64,000 bases of DNA from IMG/VR virus record IMGVR_UViG_3300044681_000369, positions 76,971 to 140,970 of that record. The stretch is one strand, 5' to 3'. The notes under the pieces are model-generated. The model had not been told where the DNA came from and ran no database searches. It was given only the letters and a program-made list of their open reading frames with translations. Both the position numbers and the translations under genes were made by a program. Shown here one piece after another: positions 36,747-44,839 of the stretch (its first letter is position 1; each line of letters opens with the position of its first letter). The stretch comes from a virus.

Positions 36747-39311
36747 ATGGCAAACGATGTCAAATCAAATTTGGGTAAACTAATCAAAAAGGTAAATCCT
36801 TTTGGCGAAAAGCAAGACCCACAAAGACAGGTACAAAGCCTGGAGGAAGTCAGGTTTGCTGCCAACGTTGGCTCTGTTGGTTTGACAGATGAGAAATCTG
36901 GTCTTAAAATTGCACAAGATGTTTCTCTTTCCATCAAGGAAGTTGGTTCAGACTTCATAAAGGAAATGAGCGAAGAAAACCAGCTCCTCGTAAAGGATAT
37001 GGTCAAGCAAATTGGTGGTCTATTGACTGCTAATGCCGAAAAACACAAGAAAACTTTAGATGAAGTAATTAGACTTTCAAAGCAAGTTGCCGAAACTGGA
37101 AAAGCCAGTGGCGATAAGAAAATGCAGAAAGTTGGAGAAGATACTTTAAAGTCTGCAATTGCTGAACGTGAAAAAAACATGGGAATGAATTACCATGGAG
37201 CAGATGATAATAAGGGCAATAGACTAGCAAGAAAGTTATTTGGAAACGATGTTGATATGTCGACCAAATTGGTCGAAGAGGATGTTGAAGAAACATACGT
37301 TGATCCATACACTGGAGAAAAATCAAAGCGTAAAAAACTTGATGCTGAAGGCAACGTAGTAAAAAGAGAAAAGCGTGAGGCTAAAGCGTGGCAAGATAAG
37401 GCGCTAGAAAAAAGAAACGTATTTAAAAAAGGTTTTAATTACGTTGAACGCTTCGATGAGATCGATGACAAAGGATATGCCGTCAAACTTGACGAAAAAG
37501 GAAATGAACTTAGATACGGCGATGAGGGTTGGAAAGAAGCAAGCCAAGTTAAGACCATCGACAAGTCGTTAACAAAAGATGAACTACGAGAGCATGTAAA
37601 AGAAGTTAATGCTACAACTGCTAGGGGGTTTGCAGAACGAACAGCAAAGGTTGCTTGGGGTGGAGCAAAAAGCATGGGCTCCGCTTTCCTAGAAGGACTC
37701 AAGACGCCAATTATTCCTGATGTTTTAGAGTGGGATAGACAGCCTGACGATTTGACCGATGCGCAAAAACGTGCAATAGATGAAGCAGAGCAGGCTCAAG
37801 GAAAAACTCCAAGAGAACAAGGTACAGCGGCTGTTGGTAAACTCTCTGAAGTATTGTCTGCTGAGACAGCCACCGGGGAATCTCTAAGTTCTGGTGCAGA
37901 AGAAGCGGCAGGACTAGCACAAGATCCAAGAATAAAACTTCAAGAAGAAGCAAACGCAAAATTAGATGAGGTTGTAAATCAACTAAAACTTCTAAACGAA
38001 AAAGGCGGAACTGGTGGTAACGGGAATGAAGAACAACAGCCTGCGCAACCACAAGAAGAAGGTGGTGGAATTCTTGACAGCATCATTGACGTAGGAAGCA
38101 ATTTTATAGGAAAAAGAGCTGGCACATCTTTGTTGGGAGGCATGGGCGGAACATTAGTTGCCGGCGCGGCAGGCATCGGCATGGCTGGTTATGCCGCATA
38201 TAATGCATACAACGATTACAATGAAGCAGATCAACTTGTAGAGTCTGGTGGAATAAACGAAAGAACAGGAATAGCCTATACGCAAGCCGACGAGGACGCT
38301 AGAAAGTCTGAAGCAGTTGGAAGAGGTGTAGGTGGCGCATCAGGTGCATTAGCAGGCGCGGCTGCTGGTGCTATGATTGGTTCTGCTGTACCTATTGTTG
38401 GCACAGCAATAGGTGGGCTTGTTGGTGCTGGTATAGGCTATTTTGGTGGTGATGCCATCGGCAACACAATAGGCGACTGGATGTCAACCGACACAGAAGA
38501 GCAAGCAATGTCTGATGCGGAAGACAGTGGATTATACAATTCAAACTGGCTAGGCAATTCAGAAATTGATAAGGAAAAGCTGGCACAAACAACAGATGTT
38601 GCCCAATTAAATGCAATTCTAAATGATGATGATCTTAGCGATGAAGACAAAGCGGCAGTCCAAGAAAGACTTAACCAGCTTCAAAATAGTCCATCTCCAG
38701 TTTCGACAACAACTGGCACGGGTGCATCTACTGGCGCTGCCCTTGAGAGTGCATCTACTGGCGCCGCCGGGGCGTCTACTGGCACTGCCCCTGAGAGTGC
38801 TTCTAGCGAAAATACTTCTACCGAATCTGGAAGAAGTTCGCTTGCTACTGGTACCAAATATGCTGCCGCTATGGCTCTCGGTGGACCCCTGGCTGCTGGT
38901 GGTATGGCACTATGGAATAACAAAGACGCTGTAGGTGAAACTCTAGGGAATGTAGCAAGTGGTATAGGAAGTGTTGCTAGTGGTGCATTCAGCGGCATTT
39001 CAAATTTTGCTAAAGAACATCCAATGTTAGCAAGTGTTGTGCCAGGCTTAGGCGCGGCTGGTGCAATAGGCGGTGCCTGGGATTGGTTAACTGGCGATGG
39101 AGAAAATCCAGATGGCGATATTCTTGAATCTGGCTCTGATGACGCTAGAGACGAAATGAGTGTTAACGTGCCTCCACCAACAGTTATTCAGCAAGGCGGA
39201 AAAGGAGAAGGTGCACCAGCTGGTCCACAAATGCCAATGACTCCAATGAGAGTAAGAAATGATGAGTCAAGTTGGATGAGATTTGCAGATAAACGGACTA
39301 TGGCAATATGA
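36747..39311 (+). CDS. Tape measure / baseplate hub gp29-like protein
   Basis: Follows gp26/gp51; helical N-terminus; Gly/Ala-rich glycine-zipper segments (GALAGAAAGAMIGS.VP.VGT.IGGLVGA). Confidence 0.65.
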   Translation: MANDVKSNLGKLIKKVNPFGEKQDPQRQVQSLEEVRFAANVGSVGLTDEKSGLKIAQDVSLSIKEVGSDFIKEMSEENQLLVKDMVKQIGGLLTANAEKHKKTLDEVIRLSKQVAETGKASGDKKMQKVGEDTLKSAIAEREKNMGMNYHGADDNKGNRLARKLFGNDVDMSTKLVEEDVEETYVDPYTGEKSKRKKLDAEGNVVKREKREAKAWQDKALEKRNVFKKGFNYVERFDEIDDKGYAVKLDEKGNELRYGDEGWKEASQVKTIDKSLTKDELREHVKEVNATTARGFAERTAKVAWGGAKSMGSAFLEGLKTPIIPDVLEWDRQPDDLTDAQKRAIDEAEQAQGKTPREQGTAAVGKLSEVLSAETATGESLSSGAEEAAGLAQDPRIKLQEEANAKLDEVVNQLKLLNEKGGTGGNGNEEQQPAQPQEEGGGILDSIIDVGSNFIGKRAGTSLLGGMGGTLVAGAAGIGMAGYAAYNAYNDYNEADQLVESGGINERTGIAYTQADEDARKSEAVGRGVGGASGALAGAAAGAMIGSAVPIVGTAIGGLVGAGIGYFGGDAIGNTIGDWMSTDTEEQAMSDAEDSGLYNSNWLGNSEIDKEKLAQTTDVAQLNAILNDDDLSDEDKAAVQERLNQLQNSPSPVSTTTGTGASTGAALESASTGAAGASTGTAPESASSENTSTESGRSSLATGTKYAAAMALGGPLAAGGMALWNNKDAVGETLGNVASGIGSVASGAFSGISNFAKEHPMLASVVPGLGAAGAIGGAWDWLTGDGENPDGDILESGSDDARDEMSVNVPPPTVIQQGGKGEGAPAGPQMPMTPMRVRNDESSWMRFADKRTMAI

Positions 39312-39913
39312 TAACTTTTAAAGAATTTTTATCTGAATCAAAAGAACTGGCTGGGTTGACCATCTGGGACATTGACGAAACTCTATTCAGAACATCTGCT
39401 AGGGTCAATATCATGAAAGATGGTAAGGTTGTCAAGCGTTTGGGTAACAAACAATATAATACCTATCACTTGCAACCAGGGGAATCTTTTGACTTTAGTG
39501 AATTCAAGAATGCACGACATTTCAGAGACACTAGCGAACCTATCGTTCGAGCAATTCGCAAGCTAATTGCAATACACAAAAATGTCAAAGCCAAAGGCAG
39601 TAAAATGATTATTGTTACTGCTAGATCAGACTTTGATGATCGGGATGTTTTCTTAGACACGTTTCGTAGCCAAGGTATCGATATTGATGATATCTATGTT
39701 CATAGGGCTGGTAATCTAGGCACAATGCCATCAGCACAAGCAAAAAGAATTGTTATAAAACAATATCTTGATACTGGTAAATATGGTAGAGCAAGACTTT
39801 TTGATGATGCTATTTCCAATTTAAATATGTTTAAAATGCTCAAACATGATTATCCAGATATTTCATTTGAGGCTTATCTAGCACATGAAGATGGAAGAAT
39901 GACACGCATGTAA
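39308..39913 (+). CDS. HAD-superfamily phosphatase-like protein
   Basis: WDIDETL (DxDxT), VTAR, K, LFDD motifs; 'MITFKEFLSE' N-terminus is typical of T4-like capsid-targeted proteins. Confidence 0.7.
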   Translation: MITFKEFLSESKELAGLTIWDIDETLFRTSARVNIMKDGKVVKRLGNKQYNTYHLQPGESFDFSEFKNARHFRDTSEPIVRAIRKLIAIHKNVKAKGSKMIIVTARSDFDDRDVFLDTFRSQGIDIDDIYVHRAGNLGTMPSAQAKRIVIKQYLDTGKYGRARLFDDAISNLNMFKMLKHDYPDISFEAYLAHEDGRMTRM

Positions 39914-39916
39914 AAG

Positions 39917-39942
39917 AAAGGGGAGCCGAAGCTCCCCTTTTT
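39917..39942. terminator. Bidirectional rho-independent terminator
   Basis: AAAG-GGGAGC-CGAA-GCTCCCC-TTTTT between convergent genes; cUUCGg loop on minus strand. Confidence 0.85.
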
Positions 39943-39957
39943 AATGATTAAAATATA

Positions 39958-40896
39958 TTAATCATCGTCTGCTAGACTTGCAAAATAACTCATGTTATCT
40001 GCATCGTCATCATCACTCCAAGGCGGAGTATTATCGGTCTTAGACTCAACCTTAGGCGCAGTCTTAGCCTTCATACGAGTTTCAATAAACAACTCATCTT
40101 CGGCATCAGTTGGCTGTACGCTCTCAACAGTAGTGGCACGAACACCAGTATTGGCAAGAACCATATCCAACTTCTTCTTCAGTTCGTCATATGACTTGAA
40201 GTTTGAAGGATCAAGGAAAGCATTTAGTGAATGTTGCTTTTCCCAGATGGCATTGAGCGCCTCATCACTTTCCGCAACTGGAGTCGGAGTTGTATCAAAC
40301 TCAGACTTATCGTAGTTGCGATAACCTTCAACCTGACGAATGCGGAGTTTGAAGTTCACTCCCTCATCAAAGTCAAACGGATTGATCGGATTTTCGTCTT
40401 CAAAAGTAGGCTGCATTACATCCTTGATCTTATCAAAGATTTTCTTACCATACTTGTAAAGAAATACCTGACCTTCGTTTGCCGGATTAGCAGGATCCTT
40501 GATAACAAGAATGTTAGAGAAGTAAGAAAGCCTACGCTTCTGCTTACGGGCAATTTCCTTGTTTGCCTCGATACCCGAATTCCACAATTCGCTGTTGAGT
40601 TCACCAACAGGATCGGGCTTGTTTAGGGTAGTAAGAGAGTTTTCGATGTACCACTTGCCAGTCGGGCCTTGGAATCCATGATCCCAAACTCGTACCCATG
40701 GAAACTCCTCACCCTTAGGTGCAGGCAAGAAACGAATGATAGCCTGTCCGTTGCCAGCCTTATCGACTGTTGGCTTCCAGAACTTATCTTCTTCGTTTGA
40801 CTTTTGTCCGCCGGTAGAGATTGCTTCTACTTGCTTGAGAAGTGTATCGAAATTTCCGCGATTTTTGCGGAGGTCTGATAGGGAATTAAACGACAT
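39958..40896 (-). CDS. gp32: Single-stranded DNA-binding protein gp32
   Basis: 'D..FWKPTVDKAGNG.A.IRFLPAP', 'GKWYIENSLTT', 'YKYGKKIFDKI', 'SYF..LA' acidic tail. Confidence 0.96.
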   Translation of the reverse strand: MSFNSLSDLRKNRGNFDTLLKQVEAISTGGQKSNEEDKFWKPTVDKAGNGQAIIRFLPAPKGEEFPWVRVWDHGFQGPTGKWYIENSLTTLNKPDPVGELNSELWNSGIEANKEIARKQKRRLSYFSNILVIKDPANPANEGQVFLYKYGKKIFDKIKDVMQPTFEDENPINPFDFDEGVNFKLRIRQVEGYRNYDKSEFDTTPTPVAESDEALNAIWEKQHSLNAFLDPSNFKSYDELKKKLDMVLANTGVRATTVESVQPTDAEDELFIETRMKAKTAPKVESKTDNTPPWSDDDDADNMSYFASLADDD

Positions 40897-40924
40897 AGTA
40901 TTGTCTCCGTATTACGTTGTATGT

Positions 40925-41116
40925 TTAGTTTTGGCGATATGTATCATAATAATCATCACGATCATCATCTTCAAATTCTTCATCATCATCAATTTGCTGA
41001 TCGCTAGAATATTTATACATGTTCTTACGGTGCTTTTCAAATTTATTTGCACCTTTACGAACTTCTTTCATGCGAGGTTCATCATACCATCTACGATCTC
41101 GGTGTGATTTGCTCAT
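40925..41116 (-). CDS. Small hypothetical protein (basic N-terminus, acidic C-terminus)
   Basis: Intact ORF between gp59 and gp32. Confidence 0.55.
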   Translation of the reverse strand: MSKSHRDRRWYDEPRMKEVRKGANKFEKHRKNMYKYSSDQQIDDDEEFEDDDRDDYYDTYRQN

Positions 41117-41121
41117 TGTTG

Positions 41122-41712
41122 TTAGACCTTTTGGTCTTTCTCCTTGGTCCAGATTGAAAAGAATTTATCCTTATCAAACTTGATAAAGATACGATACTTC
41201 TTTACAAGACGAGCAAAGTCTTTCCAGATAAAGTCGTTTTGCATTGAAGTATCATTACTATACACGAAATCGAATAGCTTGTCAAGAACAATTACCGATT
41301 CCAATGTAATTTTTTTACCTAAGAACAGCTTTAGGACTATAGGATGCTGACCAGAATACGAGACCAGCGGATCTTGACCCGTTGCCTCAGCCCATTCCAT
41401 TATGGTTCCAGCATCTTGTTTAAATTGATATGAGAGTCTGCCCTGTAGAGTTTTCCAGTTTTCATAAACTTCTACAGATTCGGAATCAAAAACTCCGTTG
41501 TGGCCATTTACAAAGTTTGAAACGAAAAAATTTATGAGGTCTTTCTTTTCGTACTTTTTTGCTAATTTACGAAACAACAGAATATCTTTACGCTTCATAA
41601 AAGTTTCAGGCTTACACTTTACCGCGCTTTTTGTTTTTGTTATATCGTATTGATCTGAGGTAAAGTGAAGTTTTAACGACATGTAAAGTCGATAAACATC
41701 AAAGGGTTCCAT
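41122..41712 (-). CDS. gp59: Helicase loader gp59
   Basis: 'F.VY..Y..LKLHF....YD', 'F.KR.D...F.KL', 'FFVSNF', 'HP..L...L...I.LE', 'KY..F'. Confidence 0.9.
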   Translation of the reverse strand: MEPFDVYRLYMSLKLHFTSDQYDITKTKSAVKCKPETFMKRKDILLFRKLAKKYEKKDLINFFVSNFVNGHNGVFDSESVEVYENWKTLQGRLSYQFKQDAGTIMEWAEATGQDPLVSYSGQHPIVLKLFLGKKITLESVIVLDKLFDFVYSNDTSMQNDFIWKDFARLVKKYRIFIKFDKDKFFSIWTKEKDQKV

Positions 41713-42008
41713 CAGAGTGGCAACTTCCCGTCTTTCTTTCGTTTCAACATGTTGAGGTCTTCTGCCTCAGCACGAATCTTCTCTTTTAAGGAAGTTGTCA
41801 GTAATGACGAAACCGATTCCATTTCCAGTTCTTTCTTGACACAATAATCAACTAGTATATCCATGCAAGACAAGCCTGCCAAATATGCCTGTTTTTCAAT
41901 GTATTGCGAAAACTCGGTAGCGGTATTAAATTCCTTCGTAATTAGGAATTGTGAGCTAACCTTTTCAGACATTGGTACATCCTCTACCATAAATTCTGTC
42001 GTTGTCAT
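41712..42008 (-). CDS. gp33: Late transcription co-activator gp33
   Basis: 'FS..IE', 'D.LV.YC', 'LKEKI..EA..LN.L', ends 'KLPL'. Confidence 0.88.
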   Translation of the reverse strand: MTTTEFMVEDVPMSEKVSSQFLITKEFNTATEFSQYIEKQAYLAGLSCMDILVDYCVKKELEMESVSSLLTTSLKEKIRAEAEDLNMLKRKKDGKLPL

Positions 42009-42042
42009 AATATACCTTTTAAGTGTTTAATGCGTTAAACAA

Positions 42043-42071
42043 ATAATACACTAAGTCAATCATTGTGTCAA
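42043..42071 (-). promoter_or_regulatory. Sigma70-type promoter for gp33-gp59-gp32
   Basis: TTGACA-17 nt-TATTAT. Confidence 0.75.
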
Positions 42072-42078
42072 GAAAAAT

Positions 42079-42630
42079 TTACACTTCTTTATAAAAAATA
42101 TGTAATCCAATTTGTCTAACTCTACGAAGACCAGACCATCCAGGATTAACATATATTGCGTGATAATATGTAGCACCTCTAGTATTGTCGGTTTCATTCC
42201 CCAACAGTACATCCCGAGATACTGTTACAATTTCATCAAATTTTGTCGGGTTTTTAATACCGTCTGGTTTACCATCACAGTACCAGCTGAACTGGCATCT
42301 ATTTCTCAATGGATTTCCATGTCTATCTTGTTTCGATTGATAAACGACATCACAGATTGTATCTGGAAATCGTTCGCTATTTTTCCTATTTAGCGTAACG
42401 TGAGCAACGGCTTTCCAGCCTTCGACCGATTCGTTTCTAGCCTCAAAATATACATTCTGAGCAAGACAAAATAGTTCTTTCGAATCGACACTTTCAATCA
42501 ATGGAGAAGGCTGCACAGTTGGTGTAGGTGCAGCCTCGAAAAATGATCCATTGTCTATATTTTTAAATAAAACGCTACTTGGTACTATACTAATCGCTAA
42601 TAAGGATATAATCTTTACTGGTATTCCCAT
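42079..42630 (-). CDS. SleB/Hydrolase_2 cell wall hydrolase with N-terminal signal/TM segment
   Basis: 'CLAQNVYFEARNE...G..AVA.VTLNR....FP.TIC.VVYQ', 'CQFSW.CDG', 'GATYYHA.YV.P.W', 'IG.HIFY'. Confidence 0.92.
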   Translation of the reverse strand: MGIPVKIISLLAISIVPSSVLFKNIDNGSFFEAAPTPTVQPSPLIESVDSKELFCLAQNVYFEARNESVEGWKAVAHVTLNRKNSERFPDTICDVVYQSKQDRHGNPLRNRCQFSWYCDGKPDGIKNPTKFDEIVTVSRDVLLGNETDNTRGATYYHAIYVNPGWSGLRRVRQIGLHIFYKEV

Positions 42631-42694
42631 TCAGATTACCTCTATATTGTTGAACTTAGGAGTTATTTAACGGTGGTTCCTCACACCGTAAGTT

Positions 42695-42701
42695 TATTTA
42701 T
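42695..42701 (-). promoter_or_regulatory. Late promoter ATAAATA upstream of SleB gene
   Basis: Box followed by a small hairpin (42670-42689) and GAGG RBS. Confidence 0.5.
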
Positions 42702-42889
42702 TCCTCAACCTCGTTTTGAATCTTGGTGAGTTCATCAGACAACTTAGAATATGCACGTTTCATCGCCTTTACGATTTTTGCCCGCTTCTTTTCGTCTTTT
42801 GTTTCAATTTCAACATTAATGTTTGCCGAAACTCCAGAGTATTCTCCTTCACCCGACAAAATTTCCTGAACGTAAACATTCACCGACAT
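42698..42889 (-). CDS. Small hypothetical protein (likely start MSVNVYV)
   Basis: GGAG RBS before ATG at about 42889; the upstream extension of the tracked ORF overlaps the tmRNA. Confidence 0.55.
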   Translation of the reverse strand: MSVNVYVQEILSGEGEYSGVSANINVEIETKDEKKRAKIVKAMKRAYSKLSDELTKIQNEVEE

Positions 42890-42919
42890 AATTATATCTC
42901 CACAGGTTAAATAAAAAAT

Positions 42920-43215
42920 GAGTGCTTCTGTTGCCAGGTGCACCCGAACCCCGTTCTAGCCTCAAGCGGCTAGAGCATAGCCTTCGTTATCGTTGGCAGT
43001 TATAAAATGACCACTCGGTCAGCGAATCAGTCTCGGTTTGTCCTATACAATCGCAGTCGATCCTGGTTCACCCCCATCATAGATACATGGCAGCCACCGT
43101 AGCAGCCGTTCTGGATTAACATGGTGTAAACAACATGCATAGCCATGTATCTATGGTGGAGGTGGCGGGAGTCGCACCCGCGTCCTACAATCTTTCAGTC
43201 TACGTCAACAACTGA
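42920..43215 (-). ncRNA. ssrA: Circularly permuted two-piece tmRNA, alphaproteobacterial type; tag ANDNEGYALAA
   Basis: Acceptor piece ending ...GCGGGTGCGACTCCCGCCACCTCCACCA (3' end 43154) precedes a hairpin spacer and the coding piece starting GGGGGTGAACCAGGATCGAC (43075). GGGGGUG/CACCUCC stem has G3.U70. Resume context ATAACT-GCC; tag ORF 42997-42962. Confidence 0.93.
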
Positions 43216-43220
43216 TTAGA

Positions 43221-43254
43221 TATTTAGTATATCTGAGTTTTTAGATATTGTCAA
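43221..43254 (-). promoter_or_regulatory. Overlapping sigma70 (TTGACA-17-TATACT) and late-type (CTAAATA) promoters for tmRNA
   Basis: TTGACA-ATATCTAAAAACTCAGA-TATACTAAATA. Confidence 0.75.
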
Positions 43255-43261
43255 GAGGTTT

Positions 43262-43924
43262 TTAATCATATTGACCGTTTTCGTACATTCTTTTTGACTC
43301 CAAGAGATAAGGAACATAAGGATCTCGTCTATCAATAAAGACAAGCGGTTCTTCATCATCCACAGCCATAAGAATGACGCTACGATTGATGGGAGTGCCC
43401 GTACGTTCTTCATACATGATAGCATACGCGGCACATTGGGCAAAATATCCAGGAATGTCCTCATGTCTTTTGACACGCTTGGATGTTTTGAAGTCGATAA
43501 CAGACAGTCTACCATCAAACTCGGCAATACAGTCAACTTGACCTGCGATGCCTAGATGATCGCTGTATAGAAATGCTTCGATATAGTGAATGTTGTCAAT
43601 TCGATCCAAGACAGGAGCAAACTTTGTCCACATCTCTTTTTCAATCAAATTGAGTTCCGGCAAAGGTTCATTCTTCAGATAACTCTCACAACAAGCGTGG
43701 ACCTTGGTACCACGAACGGTAGCCTTTTTGGATATCTGATCTGCTACCTCTGAGCCGACTCTTTGGCGCCACTCATAGATGGCTTTCTTGCCACGAACAG
43801 AGAGAACAGTGGTGACAGACGGATATCTGTCACCACTTTCAGTCTCATAAACCCTTGATCCATCTATGTTTTTTCTGGTCAGGGTCGGTAGTTTAGGTAA
43901 AGCCAAATGAGTAAATGTTTTCAT
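43262..43924 (-). CDS. PD-(D/E)XK exonuclease (RecB/Cas4-like, T4-like phage exonuclease); likely start MKTFTH
   Basis: 'YPSVTTVL', 'RGT.VH...E.YL', 'AG.VDCIAE.DG.LSVIDFKTS', 'Q..AYA.M'. Confidence 0.88.
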   Translation of the reverse strand: MKTFTHLALPKLPTLTRKNIDGSRVYETESGDRYPSVTTVLSVRGKKAIYEWRQRVGSEVADQISKKATVRGTKVHACCESYLKNEPLPELNLIEKEMWTKFAPVLDRIDNIHYIEAFLYSDHLGIAGQVDCIAEFDGRLSVIDFKTSKRVKRHEDIPGYFAQCAAYAIMYEERTGTPINRSVILMAVDDEEPLVFIDRRDPYVPYLLESKRMYENGQYD

Positions 43925-43930
43925 GATGTA

Positions 43931-43959
43931 ATCATAACACAAATCTACCCATTTGTCAA
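43931..43959 (-). promoter_or_regulatory. Sigma70-type promoter giving a probably leaderless exonuclease mRNA
   Basis: TTGACA-17 nt-TATGAT-6 nt-ATG. Confidence 0.7.
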
Positions 43960-43966
43960 GAGGTTT

Positions 43967-44716
43967 TTAACAGTGTCTTTCTTCGTACTCCATTCTGGCC
44001 AAGATATACTCTTTTACCAAAGCCGACCGTACAATATCGTCTGCCGTAAATTCCACAGTTTTGAAGGACGGCATCAACTCTGCAATATGCATGAACTTGT
44101 GCAATCCAGACATATCATGTCTTTTGTATAAGTCGGTCTGTCTAAAGTCACCACAGAAAATAATTTTTGAATTATTTCCAATTCTAGTCATAATGGAATT
44201 TAGTTCCATATCTGTCATATTTTGACATTCATCGACAATTACAATTGCATGATCTAATGTGATACCTCTAACATAAGAGGTAACCATAAAATCTATAGAT
44301 TTTTGTTCCTGCAATCTTTGAAATGGCTGAATGTGATTGAACAACTCATTACAGATTTCAATGTAAGGTTGCATATAAACTTCGGTCTTTTCTTTCTCGT
44401 CTCCAGGCAAATGACCAATTTCTCTAGATGGCACAGCCGATCGCACAATAATTACTTTTCCGTATGTTGAGCCATATAGAACTTCATCTAGGGCTTTATA
44501 GAGGGCAATATATGTTTTCCCTGTTCCTGCTACACCGTGTAAGAGTATAGCTCTGGAGTCTTTGTCGAACATGTCCCAAAATAGTTTTTGATTCAAGTTT
44601 TTTGGTGACATCCTTTTTAAGTCTGAATATTTTACTTTGCATAGCTTACTTTTCTCTATAGTAATTTGCTCGTCTGTCGGGTGGATAACATGAAGGTTAT
44701 TCTTTTTTCTCGACAT
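43967..44716 (-). CDS. phoH: PhoH-family ATPase (likely start MSRKKNN at 44716)
   Basis: Walker A GVAGTGKT, 'IG.LPG...EK', 'RG.T', 'DECQN', 'TR.G', 'GD..Q.DL', 'DIVRS'. Confidence 0.93.
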   Translation of the reverse strand: MSRKKNNLHVIHPTDEQITIEKSKLCKVKYSDLKRMSPKNLNQKLFWDMFDKDSRAILLHGVAGTGKTYIALYKALDEVLYGSTYGKVIIVRSAVPSREIGHLPGDEKEKTEVYMQPYIEICNELFNHIQPFQRLQEQKSIDFMVTSYVRGITLDHAIVIVDECQNMTDMELNSIMTRIGNNSKIIFCGDFRQTDLYKRHDMSGLHKFMHIAELMPSFKTVEFTADDIVRSALVKEYILARMEYEERHC

Positions 44717-44830
44717 AAATGCCCTTTTGCGGTTGGAGTTATGATAAAGGCGACACTGCTTACGCGGTGTCGCCCGTGAATGCCTACGATGCGGCATGAA
44801 ACTTTCTATGTCTTCTTCTATGCATAACTT

Positions 44831-44837
44831 TATTTAT
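44831..44837 (-). promoter_or_regulatory. Late-type promoter ATAAATA upstream of phoH leader
   Basis: Box at the start of a 120-nt structured leader. Confidence 0.5.
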
Positions 44838-44839
44838 GA

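Noticed and set aside
42890-42943. N-terminal extension of ORF 42698..42943
   Set aside because: It overlaps the tmRNA 3' region; the RBS supports the downstream ATG.
43154-43200. Stand-alone tRNA-Ala or attachment-site remnant
   Set aside because: No anticodon or D arm upstream; it pairs with GGGGGTG at 43075 as the acceptor piece of the permuted tmRNA.
43262-43924. CRISPR-associated Cas4
   Set aside because: No cas genes or array in the window, and it lacks the Cas4 four-Cys cluster; it is the common T4-like stand-alone exonuclease.
44717-44797. N-terminal extension of PhoH (MPHRRHS...)
   Set aside because: It runs through a strong hairpin and does not resemble PhoH; the start at 44716 is more plausible.
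44740-44805. Hammerhead ribozyme in phoH leader
   Set aside because: GAAA and two stems are present, but no CUGANGA core is found on either strand.
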